Shown here piece by piece: positions 32,835 through 33,527 of a stretch of DNA of 33,527 nucleotides (positions are counted from its first letter, which is position 1; each line of letters opens with the position of its first letter). The position numbers were made by a program, and so were the translations under genes. The notes beneath the pieces were generated by a model. That model made no database searches and was not told the DNA's origin. It worked only from the letters and a program-made list of their open reading frames with translations. Source of the stretch: Chiloscyllium plagiosum (taxonomy: Eukaryota); NCBI RefSeq assembly GCF_004010195.1, contig NC_057719.1, forward strand, positions 94,319,893 to 94,353,419, in the 5' to 3' direction.

Positions 32835-33200
32835 TAAGACCATAAGACTTAGGAGCAGAAATTAGGCCATTCAGCCCAAAGAGTCTACTCCACCATTCAA
32901 ACATGCCTGATAAGTTTCTCAACCCCATTGTCCCCATAAGCCTTGATCCCCTTTATACTTAAAAATCTACCTTTCTCAGTCTTAAGTGTACTCAATGACC
33001 TGGCCTCCACAGCCTTCTGTGGCAATGAGTTCCATAGATTCCCTACTCTCTGGCTGAAGAGGTTTCTCCTTATGTCCATTCCAAAAGGTCTTCCCTTGAT
33101 TTCAAGCTATGCCCTAGAGTCCTAGTTTCTCCTATCAATGGAAAAACCTTCCCAACATTACTTTGTCCAGGCCATTCAGTATTCTGTATGCTTCAGTTAG
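32835..33200 (-). mobile_element. CR1/L2-group LINE 3' fragment
   Basis: Minus ORF RRNLFSQRVGNLWNSLPQKAVEA. Confidence 0.88.
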
Positions 33201-33390
33201 AAGCAACAAGAGGTGAGGCCATACTGGATTTGGTTCTGGGTAACGAACCAGGCCAGGTGTTAGAATAAAACCTTCCCAACATTACTTTGTCCAGGCCATT
33301 CAGTATTCTGTATGCTTCAGTTAGAAGCAACAAGAGGTGAGGCCATACTGGATTTGGTTCTGGGTAACGAACCAGGCCAGGTGTTAGAAT
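33143..33390. repeat. Perfect 124-bp tandem duplication
   Basis: 33143-33266 and 33267-33390 are identical by inspection. Confidence 0.95.
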
Positions 33391-33527
33391 TGGAGGTAGG
33401 TGAGCACTTTGGGGGCAGTGACTACAATTCGGTGACTTTTACTCTAGTGATGGAGAGGGATAAGTGTGCACTGCAGGGCAAGAGTTATAGCTGGGGGCAG
33501 GGAAATTATGATGCGGTGAGGCACGAC
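33325..33527 (+). mobile_element. 5'-truncated CR1, end of APE domain (runs off the window)
   Basis: TRGEAILDLVLGNEPGQVLELEVGEHFGGSDYNSV, homologous to 22070-22190. Its first ~66 bp also appear at 33201-33266. Confidence 0.88.

Larger units (their letters stand above)
2788..33527 (+). other. ARHGAP42: Intron 1 of ARHGAP42 (continues beyond the window)
   Basis: GT donor at 2788. I saw no sequence encoding the expected next exon (NLS..QKFS..L..FQFECIGDAETDDE). Confidence 0.75.

Noticed and set aside
1..33527. CRISPR array or prokaryotic operon/defence system
   Set aside because: The sequence is vertebrate intronic DNA; the repeats are dispersed retroelements with no repeat-spacer periodicity.

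Overview
Eukaryotic genomic DNA, very probably from a cartilaginous fish (shark), inferred from HE1/V-SINEs, shark-type CR1 LINEs and Penelope-like elements. The only host coding sequence I recognise is the first coding exon of ARHGAP42/GRAF3 (ATG 2634 to GT donor 2788, + strand), which sits in a CpG-rich promoter. The rest is intron 1 (>30 kb; exon 2 was not seen), densely packed with nested retroelements. These include CR1 LINEs (one near full length with a zinc-finger/SGNH-esterase ORF1), HE1 SINEs, and a fragmented RT + GIY-YIG Penelope-like element (PLE). There are also about a dozen short PLE-derived insertions, mostly with 13-15 bp target-site duplications, inverted arms and a ~36-nt unpaired tail. 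These short insertions carry minimal hammerhead-ribozyme motifs (CUGANGA-N-helix II-GAAAC-GUH) from three families with covarying stems. Two candidate intronic microexons (15 nt frame-preserving, 7 nt frame-shifting) are also visible. Repeat boundaries without a TSD are approximate, and family names come from recognition, not database searches.
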